Shown: positions 46,855 through 58,436, counted from the stretch's first letter. The stretch: 64,000 nt of DNA from an uncultured Aquiluna sp. (GCA_913775595.1 CAJYLB010000001.1:186001-250000); one strand, 5' to 3'. Made by a program: numbers and translations. Notes: a model not told the origin generated them from the sequence alone.

Positions 46855-47433
46855 ATGGAACTCGTCTTCGCCACTGGTAATGCCCACAAGGCGTCCGAGG
46901 CTCAGCAGATATTGCGTGGCAGACTGCCAGGAATTAGCGTCCTTACTTTTGATGGTGAGTCTCCAGTTGAATCTGGAACAAGCTTCCTGGAGAACGCCCT
47001 AATCAAGGCCCGAGCTGCACACCAATCGACCGGTAAACCGGCATTTGCTGATGACTCAGGTTTGGCCCTTGAGGTTATGGGTGGGGCGCCAGGTATCTTT
47101 TCAGCTATTTGGTCTGGAACGCGAGACGATGCGACCAACCGCGACCTGCTACTCGCGCAACTAGCGGACATTCCACTCGAACACAGAGCGGCAGCCTTTG
47201 TTTGCACGATTGCACTTGTGACGCATGACGGTGAAGTTAGCTTTACGGGTATCTGGAGCGGAACCATCGCTGAGATGGCAGCTGGTGAAGGGGGGTTTGG
47301 ATACGACCCTGTGTTCATTCCCGAGGGATTCGCGCAGACCGCCGCCCAGCTCGATCCTGAGGTGAAGAATTCAATGTCGCATCGATTTCTTGCGATGCAG
47401 CAGATGGCGGACTACCTAGAAAAATCTTCCTAG
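46855..47433 (+). CDS. rdgB: Non-canonical purine NTP pyrophosphatase (HAM1 family)
   Basis: ATGNAHK, ENALIKA, DDSGL, GFGYDPVF and KNSMSHR. Confidence 0.95.
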   Translation: MELVFATGNAHKASEAQQILRGRLPGISVLTFDGESPVESGTSFLENALIKARAAHQSTGKPAFADDSGLALEVMGGAPGIFSAIWSGTRDDATNRDLLLAQLADIPLEHRAAAFVCTIALVTHDGEVSFTGIWSGTIAEMAAGEGGFGYDPVFIPEGFAQTAAQLDPEVKNSMSHRFLAMQQMADYLEKSS

Positions 47434-47505
47434 CGCCCCCAGCAGGATTCGAACCTGCGCACCCGCCTCCGGAGAGCGGTGCTCTATCCCCTGAGCTATG
47501 GGGGC
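47434..47505 (-). tRNA. tRNA-Arg (CCG)
   Basis: Reverse complement GCCCCCATAGCTCAGGGGATAGAGC...CCGCT-CTCCGGA-GGCGG...GGTTCGAATCC...GGGGGCG. Confidence 0.95.
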
Positions 47506-47599
47506 GGCAGCGAAAGCCTATCAGCGAGGCACTTTGCAGCACTTGTGTGGAAGGTTACTGATGTAGCCTTGGGCTTGAATTTTTTAGCCTTGGAGCCTT

Positions 47600-49246
47600 G
47601 TGAGAAAAAACCAATTGCCAGGTCCTGCTGATTGGTGGCGGGACGCAGTCGTCTATCAGATCTACCCGCGAAGCTTCGCCGATGGCAATGGTGATGGCAT
47701 CGGAGATATCAAGGGAATCCTTTCCCGAGTCGACTACTTGGCAAGCCTCGGCATTGACGCGGTTTGGATGTCGCCGTTTTTCCCCTCCCAGCTTGCAGAC
47801 GGAGGTTATGACGTTGACGACTACCAGGCAATAGACGAGCGAATTGGAACGCTTGAAGAATTTGATGAGTTAGTGTCCAAGCTTCACGAGCGGAACATCA
47901 GAGTCTTCGTAGACATCGTTCCTAATCACTCTTCTAACCGTCACGCGTGGTTCATCGAGGCCCTCAACAGCGAGCCAGGTTCTAAGGCTCGTGATCGCTA
48001 CATCTTCAGAGATGGCAAGGGCGAAGGCGGGGCGGAGCCTCCCTCAAAGCTCGCGAGCCACTTTGGTCCGGAGGGCTGGACTCAGGTTCCAGACGGCCAG
48101 TGGTACATGCACCTGTTCGCAAAGGAGCAGCCTGATTTCAACTGGGACAACGAGGAGGTGAACCAATACTTCCTGGACACCCTGCGCTTTTGGTCTGACC
48201 GCGGCGTCGATGGGTTCCGAATCGATGTCGCCCATGCTTTGAAGAAAAATCTTGAGCCTCTTCCAGACCGGGATTCTTACGCACTCTCTGTCATGAAAGA
48301 CGACGGCACCGATCCCATATTCGATCGCGACGAGGTTCACGAGGTGTACGCGGATTGGCGAAGGGTTTTCAATGAGTATGACCCGCCAAGAGTCGCCGTC
48401 GCCGAAGCCTGGGTGCACCCAAATCGTCGTCCTCCGTATGCCTCTGAAAACGGACTGGGTCAGGCGTTCAACTTTGATCTTCTAGCTTCAAAATGGGACG
48501 CACAGAGCTTCCGCGAGATCATCGAGGACAATCTGCAGATGAGCAGCCAAACGGGGTCCTCCTCGACCTGGGTTATGTCTAACCATGATGTGATTAGGCA
48601 TGCGACAAGGCTCGCGATTCCGGGATACGGAGAGTCAGCTGACGGATTCGGTGATGAGCACCGTTGGTACATAGAGAACAGGTTGAATCCAAATCTTGAC
48701 TTTGACCTGGGGCTTTCAAGGGCGAAGGCTGCAACGCTTCTAATCCTCGCTCTCCCAGGGTCGACCTACATCTATCAGGGTGAGGAGCTTGGTCTTCACG
48801 AGGTTCTTGATATTCCTGCCGAGGACATGCAGGACCCACAGTGGTTTCGAGGTGAGGGGAAACTAAAGTCACGAGATGGTTGCCGTGTGCCGCTGCCTTG
48901 GAAGAGCAGCGGAAGCTCATTTGGATTTGGACCTGCAGGCGCCCACCTCCCGCAACCGAAGTGGTTTTCTCAGACCAATGTCGAGGCTCAAGAGCATGCA
49001 GATTCGACTCTGAATCTCTACCGCAAGGCAATTCAGCTGAGGAAGTCTGCGTTTAGCTCGGAGACCCTCAATTGGCTTGAGGCGCCAGTCAAGACCACAG
49101 CATTTGTTCGTGATGGGATTACCTGCATTACGAATTTTGGAGACACAGAGGTCGAGCTTCCCGGCGGTGAGGTGCTCATTTCATCGAGTCCTATCTCTGG
49201 AGGCAAGCTTCCGGGTAACTCGACAGCCTGGGTCGCACCCCTTTAG
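47600..49246 (+). CDS. GH13 alpha-glucosidase / oligo-1,6-glucosidase family
   Basis: YQIYPRSFAD, GGYDV, VPNHSS, FRIDVAH, AEAW, NHD, YQGEELG and RDGCRVP. Confidence 0.93.
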   Translation: MRKNQLPGPADWWRDAVVYQIYPRSFADGNGDGIGDIKGILSRVDYLASLGIDAVWMSPFFPSQLADGGYDVDDYQAIDERIGTLEEFDELVSKLHERNIRVFVDIVPNHSSNRHAWFIEALNSEPGSKARDRYIFRDGKGEGGAEPPSKLASHFGPEGWTQVPDGQWYMHLFAKEQPDFNWDNEEVNQYFLDTLRFWSDRGVDGFRIDVAHALKKNLEPLPDRDSYALSVMKDDGTDPIFDRDEVHEVYADWRRVFNEYDPPRVAVAEAWVHPNRRPPYASENGLGQAFNFDLLASKWDAQSFREIIEDNLQMSSQTGSSSTWVMSNHDVIRHATRLAIPGYGESADGFGDEHRWYIENRLNPNLDFDLGLSRAKAATLLILALPGSTYIYQGEELGLHEVLDIPAEDMQDPQWFRGEGKLKSRDGCRVPLPWKSSGSSFGFGPAGAHLPQPKWFSQTNVEAQEHADSTLNLYRKAIQLRKSAFSSETLNWLEAPVKTTAFVRDGITCITNFGDTEVELPGGEVLISSSPISGGKLPGNSTAWVAPL

Positions 49247-49327
49247 TCTCGCAAGGCCGGAGGGTATGATTTAGGCCTACCCCCAAGTGCCAGAGTCGGC
49301 ATTTTTCGCCCCTAACCAGGAAATCCT

Positions 49328-50983
49328 TTGACGCCAGAACAGCTCAACGAGGCAATAGTCAATGCCCTAAGGTCATTGGCTGAATCTGGCGCGTTTGAAC
49401 CCGCAGTGGTGCCTACGGAGGTGGTTGTAGAGCGGCCAAAAAACCGTGAGCACGGAGACTGGGCAACCAATGTAGCGATGCAGCTAGCTGGGAAATTGGG
49501 CATAAATCCAAGAGACCTGGCACAGCAGCTTGCGGACGCCCTAGCGAAAACCGATGGGGTCGAGTCTGTCTCGGTTGCAGGCCCTGGATTTATAAATTTC
49601 TTTGTTTCGGATGCCGCTGCAGGTGCTTTAGCAAAGTCCATTGTTGAAATGGGCGAAGAGTATGGTCTCTCGGCAGAGCTTGCGGGGCAGAAGCTCAACC
49701 TAGAGTTTGTCTCGGCAAATCCAACCGGCCCAATTCATCTTGGGGGAACAAGGTGGGCAGCCGTTGGGGACTCGCTTGCCAGAATCCTCCAGTCTCAGGG
49801 TGCCGAGGTGACACGCGAGTACTACTTCAATGACCACGGCGCGCAGATAGATCGCTTTGCGAGGTCATTAGTTGCAGCCGCACTGGGAGAGCCTGCACCC
49901 GAGGATGGCTACGCCGGCGAATACATAACAGATATCGCCCAGCAAATTCTTGCCAGCCAGCCTGAGGTTCTCGAGCTTTCAGGAGAAGAGCAGCAGGAGG
50001 CCTTCAGGGCTGCCGGTGTGAGCATGATGTTTGAACAGATCAAACAGTCCTTAGAGGACTTCGGAGTTCATTTCGACGTTTTCTTCCACGAAAACTCGCT
50101 ATACGAGTCTGGTGCTGTAGAAAGGTCCATTTCGAGGCTCCGCGAGCTTGGCCACATCTTCGAAGAAGAGGGTGCAGTTTGGCTTCGCTCGAGCTCCTTT
50201 GGCGACGATCGGGACCGCGTGGTGGTCAAGTCTGACGGTGACTCTGCTTACATCGCAGGTGACATCGCCTACTACCTAGATAAGCGAAGCCGCGGTTTTG
50301 ATGCAGCAATCTACATGCTGGGAGCAGATCACCACGGTTATGTGCCGCGGATGATGGCGCTGTCCGCTGCATTCGGCGATGTGCCCGGAAAGAACATGGA
50401 GATTCTCATTGGCCAGCTGGTGTCCCTAGTTAGGGATGGGGAGCCTGTTCGCATGTCTAAACGAGCCGGCAACGTCGTGACAATGGAAGATCTTGTTGAT
50501 GCAGTCGGTGTTGATGCCGCCAGGTATGCACTGACTCGCTCGTCGATTAATTCGCCTCTTGACATTGATGTTGAGCTGCTTGCGAGGCACACCAACGACA
50601 ATCCAGTCTTTTATGTTCAATACGCTCACGCGAGAACCAAGCAGGTTGACCGTAATGCACCGACCTTGGATGTTGATCGGAGCGAGTTTGACCCGGCGCT
50701 ACTGAGCGAACCTAGCGAGTCAGAGCTCCTGGCAAAGCTCGCCGAGTTTCCTCGGGTAGTCTCGCAGGCCGCGGAGTTTAGAGAGCCGCACCGCGTCGCC
50801 CGCTACCTCGAGGAGGTTGCTGGCAGCTATCACCGCTTCTATGACGCATGCAGAATCCTGCCTTTGCCCGCAAGTAAAGTTGAGGCCGTCCACCGGACGA
50901 GGCTCTGGCTCAATGATGCAGCGGGAGTGGTCTTGGCAAATGGCCTCGGTTTGCTCGGCGTAAGCGCGCCGGAGAGGATGTAA
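49328..50983 (+). CDS. argS: Arginine--tRNA ligase
   Basis: [40 protein letters not shown] and YVQYAHAR. Confidence 0.97.
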   Translation: MTPEQLNEAIVNALRSLAESGAFEPAVVPTEVVVERPKNREHGDWATNVAMQLAGKLGINPRDLAQQLADALAKTDGVESVSVAGPGFINFFVSDAAAGALAKSIVEMGEEYGLSAELAGQKLNLEFVSANPTGPIHLGGTRWAAVGDSLARILQSQGAEVTREYYFNDHGAQIDRFARSLVAAALGEPAPEDGYAGEYITDIAQQILASQPEVLELSGEEQQEAFRAAGVSMMFEQIKQSLEDFGVHFDVFFHENSLYESGAVERSISRLRELGHIFEEEGAVWLRSSSFGDDRDRVVVKSDGDSAYIAGDIAYYLDKRSRGFDAAIYMLGADHHGYVPRMMALSAAFGDVPGKNMEILIGQLVSLVRDGEPVRMSKRAGNVVTMEDLVDAVGVDAARYALTRSSINSPLDIDVELLARHTNDNPVFYVQYAHARTKQVDRNAPTLDVDRSEFDPALLSEPSESELLAKLAEFPRVVSQAAEFREPHRVARYLEEVAGSYHRFYDACRILPLPASKVEAVHRTRLWLNDAAGVVLANGLGLLGVSAPERM

Positions 50984-52395
50984 TGGCAATGCTGAATCCT
51001 CTATCTCCGAGCTGGCTCAGTGAGGACAAGGACACTAACTTTCTTGACTCTGCAGTCTGGCCAGCCTCGGCAAGCCGGAACGACCGCGGTGAGCTGGAAC
51101 TTGGAGGCATCAGCTCTCCTGAGCTTGTCAGGCAATACGGCTCCCCGTTGTATGTTGTCGACCAGGATGACTTTGAAGCCCGCCTTCAGGCGGTGAAGAG
51201 CTCTTTTGAAGCGGCTGCCGCAAAAGCCGGAACAACGGTAAAGCTTTACTACGCCTCAAAAGCACTTCTGACCACTGACATCGCGAGGTGGATTGTCGAG
51301 GCCGGCTATGCAATTGATGTTTCCACCGGTGGTGAGCTTGCAGTTGCACTTGCAGCCGGCACGCCCGGCGAGCGCCTTGGCGTGCACGGAAATAACAAGT
51401 CTCTCGTGGAGATTGGCAGGGCGGTAAGTGCCGACGTTTCTGCGATAGTTATCGACTCTGAGATTGAGATAGAGCGGATCGCCTCGATAGCTGGAGCGCA
51501 GGACAAGGTTCAACCTGTGAGACTGCGAGTAAATTCAGGGGTTCATGCCAGCACCCATGAGTATCTAGCGACTGCCAGGGAAGACCAGAAATTCGGCATT
51601 GCGCTTGAGGACGTGCCGTCTATGGTGGAGAAAATTCGAAGTCACTCGCACCTAAGCTTTTTGGGCCTTCACTCACACATCGGGTCTCAGATTTTCGCGG
51701 TGGATGGCTTTGTTGCGGCCGCGGAAAAGCTTCTTGAGGTTCACTCAAAGCTTTTAGCGGACGGCGATGTTCCTGAGCTAAACCTCGGCGGCGGATTCGG
51801 TATTAGCTACACCTCAGCAGACTCCCCAATGCCAATTGAAGAGCTGGCTGAGCAAATCGTCACCGCCGTCGCCAAAAAGTGCGGGGAGCTGGGTATCAAG
51901 GTTCCAAGGCTTGCGTTCGAGCCTGGTCGAATCATTGCAGGCCCAGCGGGGGTAACTCTCTACTCAGTTGGCACAACCAAAGAGGTTCACATTTCTGAGG
52001 CGGGAGCTGGAGCAACTCGTCGCTACGTAAGCGTTGATGGAGGAATGAGCGATAACATCCGCCCCGCCCTCTATGAGGCCGAGTACTCCGCTGCGCTGGC
52101 TTCCAGAGCTTCCTCGGAGAAGGGTGTGTTATCTCGCGTGGTTGGAAAGCATTGCGAGTCTGGGGACATCGTGGTCAGGCACGAGATGTTGCCCGGCGAC
52201 TTGGCTGTAAACGATCTATTGGCGGTTCCGGCAACAGGTGCCTACTGCTTTTCGCTATCTTCTAACTACAACTTTGTTCCCAGGCCGGCTCTCGTTGCCG
52301 TCAGTGGCGGTAAAGCCAAGGCGCTGGTGAGGGCAGAGTCCGAGCAGGATCTGCTCGAAAGAGACATGGGCTACCAACCCGGAGGTGGAGAGTAA
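50983..52395 (+). CDS. lysA: Diaminopimelate decarboxylase
   Basis: YASKA, HGNNKS, QKFG, HSHIGSQI, EPGR, HCESGD, GAY and SNYN. Confidence 0.96.
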   Translation: MAMLNPLSPSWLSEDKDTNFLDSAVWPASASRNDRGELELGGISSPELVRQYGSPLYVVDQDDFEARLQAVKSSFEAAAAKAGTTVKLYYASKALLTTDIARWIVEAGYAIDVSTGGELAVALAAGTPGERLGVHGNNKSLVEIGRAVSADVSAIVIDSEIEIERIASIAGAQDKVQPVRLRVNSGVHASTHEYLATAREDQKFGIALEDVPSMVEKIRSHSHLSFLGLHSHIGSQIFAVDGFVAAAEKLLEVHSKLLADGDVPELNLGGGFGISYTSADSPMPIEELAEQIVTAVAKKCGELGIKVPRLAFEPGRIIAGPAGVTLYSVGTTKEVHISEAGAGATRRYVSVDGGMSDNIRPALYEAEYSAALASRASSEKGVLSRVVGKHCESGDIVVRHEMLPGDLAVNDLLAVPATGAYCFSLSSNYNFVPRPALVAVSGGKAKALVRAESEQDLLERDMGYQPGGGE

Positions 52396-53696
52396 TGCAG
52401 GCTGCATACAGGCCTATCCGTGTTGGTCTACTGGGTGCTGGCTCAGTGGGATCTCAGGTTGCCCGGCTCCTGATTGAGAATCGTGAGGAGCTAGCCAAGC
52501 GTGTGGGTGCGGAACTCGAGCTTGTAGGTATTGCAGTTCGAAACAAGAGCGCAAAGCGAGACGTTGAGCTTCCGAAGGAACTGCTTACTGAAGATGCGGA
52601 GTCGGTCATTCTTGGCTCTGACATTGTTATTGAGCTTGCGGGAGGGATCGAGCCTGCAAAGAGCTGGATCGCGATGGCGCTTAACGCTGGAGCGGATGTC
52701 ATAACCGCCAACAAGGCACTCATCGCGGCTCACGGATCTGAACTAACTGCTCTTGCCCAGCAGTTTGGTGCTCAGCTCTACTACGAGGCAGCTGTGGGTG
52801 GCGCAATTCCAATCATTCGTCCATTGAGGGCATCGCTCGCGGGCGACAAGATCAATCGCGTTATGGGAATCGTGAACGGCACGACCAACTACATCCTCGA
52901 TCAAATGGAGACAACGGGGGCGAGCTTCGAGGACGCCTTGGCTGAGGCTCAGGCGCTTGGTTACGCAGAGGCAGATCCAACAGCAGACGTAGAGGGCTAT
53001 GACGCGGCCAGCAAAGCCGCGATTCTCGCTGGATTGGCATTCCACAGTGAGGTGCCTGTGGACAGGGTTCACCGCGAGGGGATTACATCCATAACCGCTT
53101 TGCAAATTGAGACCGCAAGGCAGGCTGGCTACACCGTAAAGCTTCTCGCCATCTGCGAACGAGCAGGGGACACCGGTGAAGGTTTGGTAGCCAGGGTTCA
53201 CCCAACCTTGATTCCTCTGGACCATCCGCTCGCGGCCGTTAGGGGTGCTTACAACGCGGTGTTTGTTGAGGCTGAGAGTGCGGGAAGACTCATGTTCTAT
53301 GGAGCTGGAGCCGGGGGTCCAGAGACGGCGTCCGCGGTTCTAGGTGATCTGGTTTCGGCCGCAAAGCGACACCTTGCAGGAGGCCCAGGACTGGGAGACT
53401 CAACCCACGCCGACTTAGAGGTGATGCCGGTGCAGGCAATCTTTACCCGCTTCCAAATCACCTTGGAGGTCAAAGACGAACCGGGCGTGCTCGCCTCGGT
53501 GGCGAAGCAGTTTGCCGACAATGACGTGAGTGTTGAGACGGTCGCTCAAAGCGGTGCTGCAGACACAGAACTTGCACTTCTTACCATCATGACGCATTCG
53601 GCCTCTGAGGCTGCTCTGGAGAGGCTCGCCTCGGAGCTGGCAAAGAATTCTGCTGTGAAGCGCGTGAATTCCGTAATCAGGGTGGAGGGCGTCTAA
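52395..53696 (+). CDS. hom: Homoserine dehydrogenase with ACT domain
   Basis: GAGSVG, TANK, EAAVGGAIP, NGTTNYIL, GYAEADP and GAGAGG. Confidence 0.96.
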   Translation: MQAAYRPIRVGLLGAGSVGSQVARLLIENREELAKRVGAELELVGIAVRNKSAKRDVELPKELLTEDAESVILGSDIVIELAGGIEPAKSWIAMALNAGADVITANKALIAAHGSELTALAQQFGAQLYYEAAVGGAIPIIRPLRASLAGDKINRVMGIVNGTTNYILDQMETTGASFEDALAEAQALGYAEADPTADVEGYDAASKAAILAGLAFHSEVPVDRVHREGITSITALQIETARQAGYTVKLLAICERAGDTGEGLVARVHPTLIPLDHPLAAVRGAYNAVFVEAESAGRLMFYGAGAGGPETASAVLGDLVSAAKRHLAGGPGLGDSTHADLEVMPVQAIFTRFQITLEVKDEPGVLASVAKQFADNDVSVETVAQSGAADTELALLTIMTHSASEAALERLASELAKNSAVKRVNSVIRVEGV

Positions 53697-54775
53697 TGGC
53701 TCATCAGTGGCGGGGCGTTATCCGCGAATACATGGACAGGCTTCCCTTTACCAAGGACGACCCGGTAGTCACTCTTGGAGAGGGCGGGACGCCATTGATT
53801 GAGGCACCTGCACTTGCAAGGCTGCTGGATGTTGGGAGCGTCCACCTCAAGTTTGAGGGCATGAACCCAACGGGGAGCTTCAAAGATCGAGGTATGACGA
53901 CGGCCGTCTCCAAAGCACTCGGAGATGGTGCAAAGGCGGTAATCGCGGCCTCAACCGGTAACACCAGCGCTGCCGCTGCCGCCTATGCGGTCAAGGCAGG
54001 AATGCAGTCTGTTGTTCTGGTGCCGGCCGGAAAGATTTCCTGGGGCAAGCTGTCTCAGGCTGTTGCCCATAAGGCTCAAATTCTTCAGGTTCGAGGCAAC
54101 TTTGATGACTGCCTAAGACTCGCGCGAGAGTTGAGTGAGAACTATCCGGTGTTCCTCGTGAACTCGGTTAACCCCAACCGGCTTCAGGGGCAAAAGACGG
54201 CTGCCTTTGAAGTCGTTGATGTCTTGGGCGAGGCGCCAGATCTTCACGCAATGCCGCTTGGAAATGCCGGCAACATCTCTGCGTACCACCTCGGTTATCG
54301 CGAAGAAGTTGCCGACCAGCGAATCAAGAAGCAGCCAATGCTGTATGGCATCCAGGCTGCAGGTTCTGCTCCTTTCATTCAGGGTTCACCGGTGGCTAAG
54401 CCTGAGACGATTGCCACGGCAATCCGCATTGGAAACCCGGCATCATGGGATCTTGCTCAGGAGGCCAAGCGAGACAGCGGCGGTGGATTCGGTTCTGTCA
54501 GCGACAAAGAGATTCTGTGGATGCACAGGTTCCTGTCGCAAGAGGCAGGCGTGTTTGTCGAGCCATCCAGCGCTACTGGCGCAGCCGGTCTTTACAAGCT
54601 CAAGCAACTAGGTGAGCTACCGAAGGTAGACCGCATCGTGGTAACTGTGACTGGCCACGGCCTCAAGGATCCTGACTGGGCACTGAAGGACGAGAACGGC
54701 AGGAAGATAAAGCCAAAGAAAGTCCCGACCTCGGCCTCCTCGGTCGCTGAGATTCTAGGTTTGGAGCGCAAATGA
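53696..54775 (+). CDS. thrC: Threonine synthase
   Basis: NPTGSFKDRG, STGNTS, GNAGN, EPSSA and TGHGLKD. Confidence 0.96.
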   Translation: MAHQWRGVIREYMDRLPFTKDDPVVTLGEGGTPLIEAPALARLLDVGSVHLKFEGMNPTGSFKDRGMTTAVSKALGDGAKAVIAASTGNTSAAAAAYAVKAGMQSVVLVPAGKISWGKLSQAVAHKAQILQVRGNFDDCLRLARELSENYPVFLVNSVNPNRLQGQKTAAFEVVDVLGEAPDLHAMPLGNAGNISAYHLGYREEVADQRIKKQPMLYGIQAAGSAPFIQGSPVAKPETIATAIRIGNPASWDLAQEAKRDSGGGFGSVSDKEILWMHRFLSQEAGVFVEPSSATGAAGLYKLKQLGELPKVDRIVVTVTGHGLKDPDWALKDENGRKIKPKKVPTSASSVAEILGLERK

Positions 54776-55662
54776 AGGTAACAGCAAAGATTCCTGCGAC
54801 TAGCGCCAACCTCGGACCTGGCTTCGACACTCTAGGCATGGCACTCTCGCTCTACGACGAGTATTCGGCAGAAACAGTTGGCTCCAAGCTTGAGATCGAG
54901 ATCATTGGGGAGGGCCAAAAGGATGCGCCCCGCGATGAAAACAACCTCGTATTTAGGGCGATCAAAGTCGTCTTTGACTCGCTGGGCAAGAAGGTACCCG
55001 TACTGAAGCTTGTCTGTCACAACAACATCCCCCACGGCAGGGGTATGGGTTCTTCGGGTGCTGCAGTAGCCGGTGGAGTGATGATTGCGGCAGGGCTTCT
55101 AGAGGGAGAGAAGCAGTTCTCGGAGCAGGAGCTGCTCGAGTTTGCAACCGAGTTGGAGGGACACCCCGACAACGTGGCACCGGCGCTATTCGGTGGCTTG
55201 ACGGTGGCGTGGATGGACGAGGGCGGCCCGCACCACAAAAAACTCACCACCCACCGGGGTTTGTCACCCTTGGTTTTGGTTCCTTCGAATCAGATGTCGA
55301 CTTCGCTGGCTCGGTCCTTGCAGCCGCAGTCCGTGCCGCACACTGACGCAGTCTTCAATGTTTCTCGGTCGGCGCTTCTCGTTGCGGCACTAACCCAGAG
55401 TCCTGAACTTCTAATGGCAGCCACAGAGGACAGGCTCCACCAAAACTACAGAGCTAGCGCAATGCCGCAGACTTCGGAACTAATTGCAGCTCTTCGGTCG
55501 AAGGGCCACCCTGCAGTGGTTTCTGGTGCCGGTCCATCGGTGCTGGTGCTGGAAGACGATCCACAGAAACGGCTTTCAGCTATCTCACACGTTGAGAAGA
55601 ATTTCCCAGGTTGGGACGCCATGCCACTTGCAGTTGATGTCAAAGGTGCTAGTCTTATCTAG
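54772..55662 (+). CDS. thrB: Homoserine kinase
   Basis: PATSANLGPGFD, PHGRGMGSSGA, EGHPDN and SGAGPS. Confidence 0.96.
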   Translation: MKVTAKIPATSANLGPGFDTLGMALSLYDEYSAETVGSKLEIEIIGEGQKDAPRDENNLVFRAIKVVFDSLGKKVPVLKLVCHNNIPHGRGMGSSGAAVAGGVMIAAGLLEGEKQFSEQELLEFATELEGHPDNVAPALFGGLTVAWMDEGGPHHKKLTTHRGLSPLVLVPSNQMSTSLARSLQPQSVPHTDAVFNVSRSALLVAALTQSPELLMAATEDRLHQNYRASAMPQTSELIAALRSKGHPAVVSGAGPSVLVLEDDPQKRLSAISHVEKNFPGWDAMPLAVDVKGASLI

Positions 55663-55755
55663 CAGCCAGGATCAGGCAGCTAAATAAGCCCCTCTGCATC
55701 TTCATTCAATTCTGAATCGCGGTTTCGCGCCGCAAAGAAATGAGAAAAATACACA

Positions 55756-57345
55756 ATGGATGAAATCCAAGAAGAAAAGCCGGTAAAGCGCACCAGGCGT
55801 GTGAGCTCATCGGCAGCCTCAGCAAAGACTGAGGAGAAAACCGAGGCAAAGCCCGAGGATTCAAAGCCAGCCGAGAACACCTCTGCCGCCGGGTCAAAGA
55901 CCGACAGCGAGGAGAAGAAGGCTCCAGCCTCCAGAGCCCGCAAGAGCTCAAAGCCAGCCGCAGAAAAGGCTGAGGGCGAGAGCACAGCTAGCCCGGAGAA
56001 GTCAGAGAGCTCCTCTGAGAACAAGGAAAAGGCTTCGGATCGTCGTGAAGACCGCGAGACCCGCAACTCTGACCGCGAGAACCAGCGCGACCGCGATGAT
56101 GACCGAAGGGGTGGCGGACGCAATCGCAGGGGTCGCTACCGCGATCGTGATCGCAGGCGCAACCAGGAAGATGTCGAGCCAGAGATTACTGAAGATGACG
56201 TCCTACTTCCTGTGGCCGGAATCCTCGATGTCCTCGACAACTACTCATTCCTGCGCACAAGTGGTTACCTCCCAGGTCCAAACGATGTCTACGTTTCCCA
56301 GGGTCAGGTCAAAAAGTATGGTCTTCGCAAGGGTGACGCCGTGGTTGGTTCAATCAGGCAGCCTCGCGAGGGTGAGAACCAGCGCCAGAAGTTCAACGCG
56401 CTTGTTCGAGTTGAGTCCATCAATGGCCAGACTCCAGAGGAGGCTGCTGCCAGAGTCGAATTTGGCAAGCTGACTCCGCTCTATCCAGACACCAGGCTGC
56501 GTCTTGAGACCGATAACAAAAAGCTCTCGACGAGAATCATTGACCTAGTCGCCCCGATTGGTAAGGGTCAGCGTGGTCTGATCGTCTCCCCACCGAAGGC
56601 CGGAAAGACCCTGGTGCTTCAGGCGATTGCTAACGCAATCTCGGCTAACAACCCTGAGGTTCACCTCATGGTCGTTTTGGTCGACGAGCGTCCCGAGGAA
56701 GTTACCGACATGCAGCGCACGGTCAAGGGAGAGGTAATTGCCTCGACGTTTGACCGCCCGGCAGATGACCACACAACCGTTGCTGAACTAGCCATTGAGC
56801 GAGCTAAGCGACTGGTGGAGATGGGTCACGACGTTGTCGTGCTGCTTGACTCGATTACCAGACTTGGCCGTGCCTACAACTTGAGTGCCCCTGCCTCTGG
56901 CCGAATCCTCTCCGGTGGTGTTGATTCCTCAGCCCTCTACCCTCCAAAGCGTTTCTTTGGTGCGGCTAGAAACATTGAGGACGGTGGCTCCCTAACCATC
57001 CTTGCTACCGCTCTTGTAGAGACCGGAAGCAAGATGGATGAGGTCATCTTCGAGGAGTTCAAGGGCACCGGAAACATGGAACTCAGGCTGTCGCGCCAGC
57101 TGGCTGACAAGAGGATTTTCCCTGCGGTAGACATCAACGCCTCCGGCACACGCCGCGAGGAGATGCTGATGAGCCAGCAGGAGACCAAGATCATCTGGAA
57201 GCTTCGCAGGGCCCTAGCAGGTCTAGAGCAGCAGCAGGCACTTGAGCTTGTGCTCTCAAGATTGAAGGACACCGCGAGCAACGTTGAGTTCCTTCTCAAG
57301 CTTGAGAAGTCAATGCCAGTTCCTACCGAGACCGATTCGGAATAG
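55756..57345 (+). CDS. rho: Transcription termination factor Rho with a low-complexity N-terminal region
   Basis: [39 protein letters not shown] and SGTRREE. Confidence 0.97.
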   Translation: MDEIQEEKPVKRTRRVSSSAASAKTEEKTEAKPEDSKPAENTSAAGSKTDSEEKKAPASRARKSSKPAAEKAEGESTASPEKSESSSENKEKASDRREDRETRNSDRENQRDRDDDRRGGGRNRRGRYRDRDRRRNQEDVEPEITEDDVLLPVAGILDVLDNYSFLRTSGYLPGPNDVYVSQGQVKKYGLRKGDAVVGSIRQPREGENQRQKFNALVRVESINGQTPEEAAARVEFGKLTPLYPDTRLRLETDNKKLSTRIIDLVAPIGKGQRGLIVSPPKAGKTLVLQAIANAISANNPEVHLMVVLVDERPEEVTDMQRTVKGEVIASTFDRPADDHTTVAELAIERAKRLVEMGHDVVVLLDSITRLGRAYNLSAPASGRILSGGVDSSALYPPKRFFGAARNIEDGGSLTILATALVETGSKMDEVIFEEFKGTGNMELRLSRQLADKRIFPAVDINASGTRREEMLMSQQETKIIWKLRRALAGLEQQQALELVLSRLKDTASNVEFLLKLEKSMPVPTETDSE

Positions 57346-57347
57346 CT

Positions 57348-58436
57348 TTGCAGGATTCGCTTGCTGGCCTGAGAGCCGAGCACGCGAGTTTGCAAGAGCA
57401 GCTCAGCGACTCGGCGGTTCACTCCAACCCTGCGCTGTCTAAGAAACTGAATCGGCGCTACGCCGAGCTCAGCACAATTCTCGATGCCGATTCAGAGGCC
57501 ACCAGAATTGAGCAGGACTTGGAGGCCGCGACTGAGCTGGCAGCCGAGGACGAGAGTTTTGCCGCAGAGCTACCAAAACTTGAGGAGCAGCTTGCAACCG
57601 CGAAAGAGCGGCTCAGGCGACTGCTGATTCCAAGGGATCCCGATGACGGGCGAGATGTGATTCTCGAGATCAAGGCCGGCGAAGGCGGAGCCGAATCAGC
57701 GCTGTTTGCCGGGGACCTTCTGAGGATGTATTTGCACTACGCATCCGCTAAAGGCTGGAAAGCTGAGGTGCTCGATAAAACCGAGTCTGACCTTGGTGGC
57801 ATCAAAGATTGCCAGGTTGCGGTGAAGTCCTCTTCAACCGATCCGGCTCAGGGTGTCTGGGCACACCTGAAGTATGAGGGTGGCGTTCACCGAGTGCAGC
57901 GCGTGCCCGTGACCGAGACACAGGGTCGAATCCATACTTCTGCCGCTGGAGTTCTCGTGTTTCCTGAGGTTGACGAGCCCGAGGAAGTTGAAATCTCTCC
58001 CAACGAGATCAGGGTCGATGTCTTTAGGTCATCTGGTCCTGGCGGGCAGTCTGTGAACACAACGGACTCGGCGGTGAGAATAACGCACCTCGAGACAGGC
58101 ATCGTGGTCTCGATGCAGAACGAAAAGAGCCAGCTACAAAACCGAGAGGCCGCAATGCGCGTTCTTCGCGCGAGACTGTTGGCTTTTCAGCAAGAGGCCA
58201 TCGACGCCGAGCAATCTGCGGCACGAAAGAGTCAGGTCCGCACCGTGGACCGTTCAGAGCGAATCCGCACCTACAACTTCCCAGAGAATCGGATTGCCGA
58301 CCACCGCACCGGCTACAAGGCCTACAACCTTGATCAGGTAATGGACGGGGCGCTAGATCCAATAGTTGAGTCGGCAATCAAGATGGACGAAGAGGCAAGG
58401 CTCGCGGCCCTTGGCAATACCGAATCTTCTAACTGA
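57348..58436 (+). CDS. prfA: Peptide chain release factor 1
   Basis: GGQ, PVT specificity motif and RTYNFP. Confidence 0.96.
   Translation: MQDSLAGLRAEHASLQEQLSDSAVHSNPALSKKLNRRYAELSTILDADSEATRIEQDLEAATELAAEDESFAAELPKLEEQLATAKERLRRLLIPRDPDDGRDVILEIKAGEGGAESALFAGDLLRMYLHYASAKGWKAEVLDKTESDLGGIKDCQVAVKSSSTDPAQGVWAHLKYEGGVHRVQRVPVTETQGRIHTSAAGVLVFPEVDEPEEVEISPNEIRVDVFRSSGPGGQSVNTTDSAVRITHLETGIVVSMQNEKSQLQNREAAMRVLRARLLAFQQEAIDAEQSAARKSQVRTVDRSERIRTYNFPENRIADHRTGYKAYNLDQVMDGALDPIVESAIKMDEEARLAALGNTESSN

Noticed and set aside
47546..47555. Third DnaA-box-like site (TGTGGAAGGT) upstream of the GH13 gene
   Set aside because: Poor match in the 3' half and 54 nt rather than 48 nt from the start codon.
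49247..49327. T-box or attenuator in the argS leader (TGCC...GGCA followed by a T run)
   Set aside because: The leader is too short, has no T-box consensus, and the stem is only 4-5 bp.
55756..56180. Low-complexity S/E/K/A and R/D-rich repeats at the start of rho
   Set aside because: Such N-terminal insertions are well known in actinobacterial Rho; this is not a DNA repeat array.
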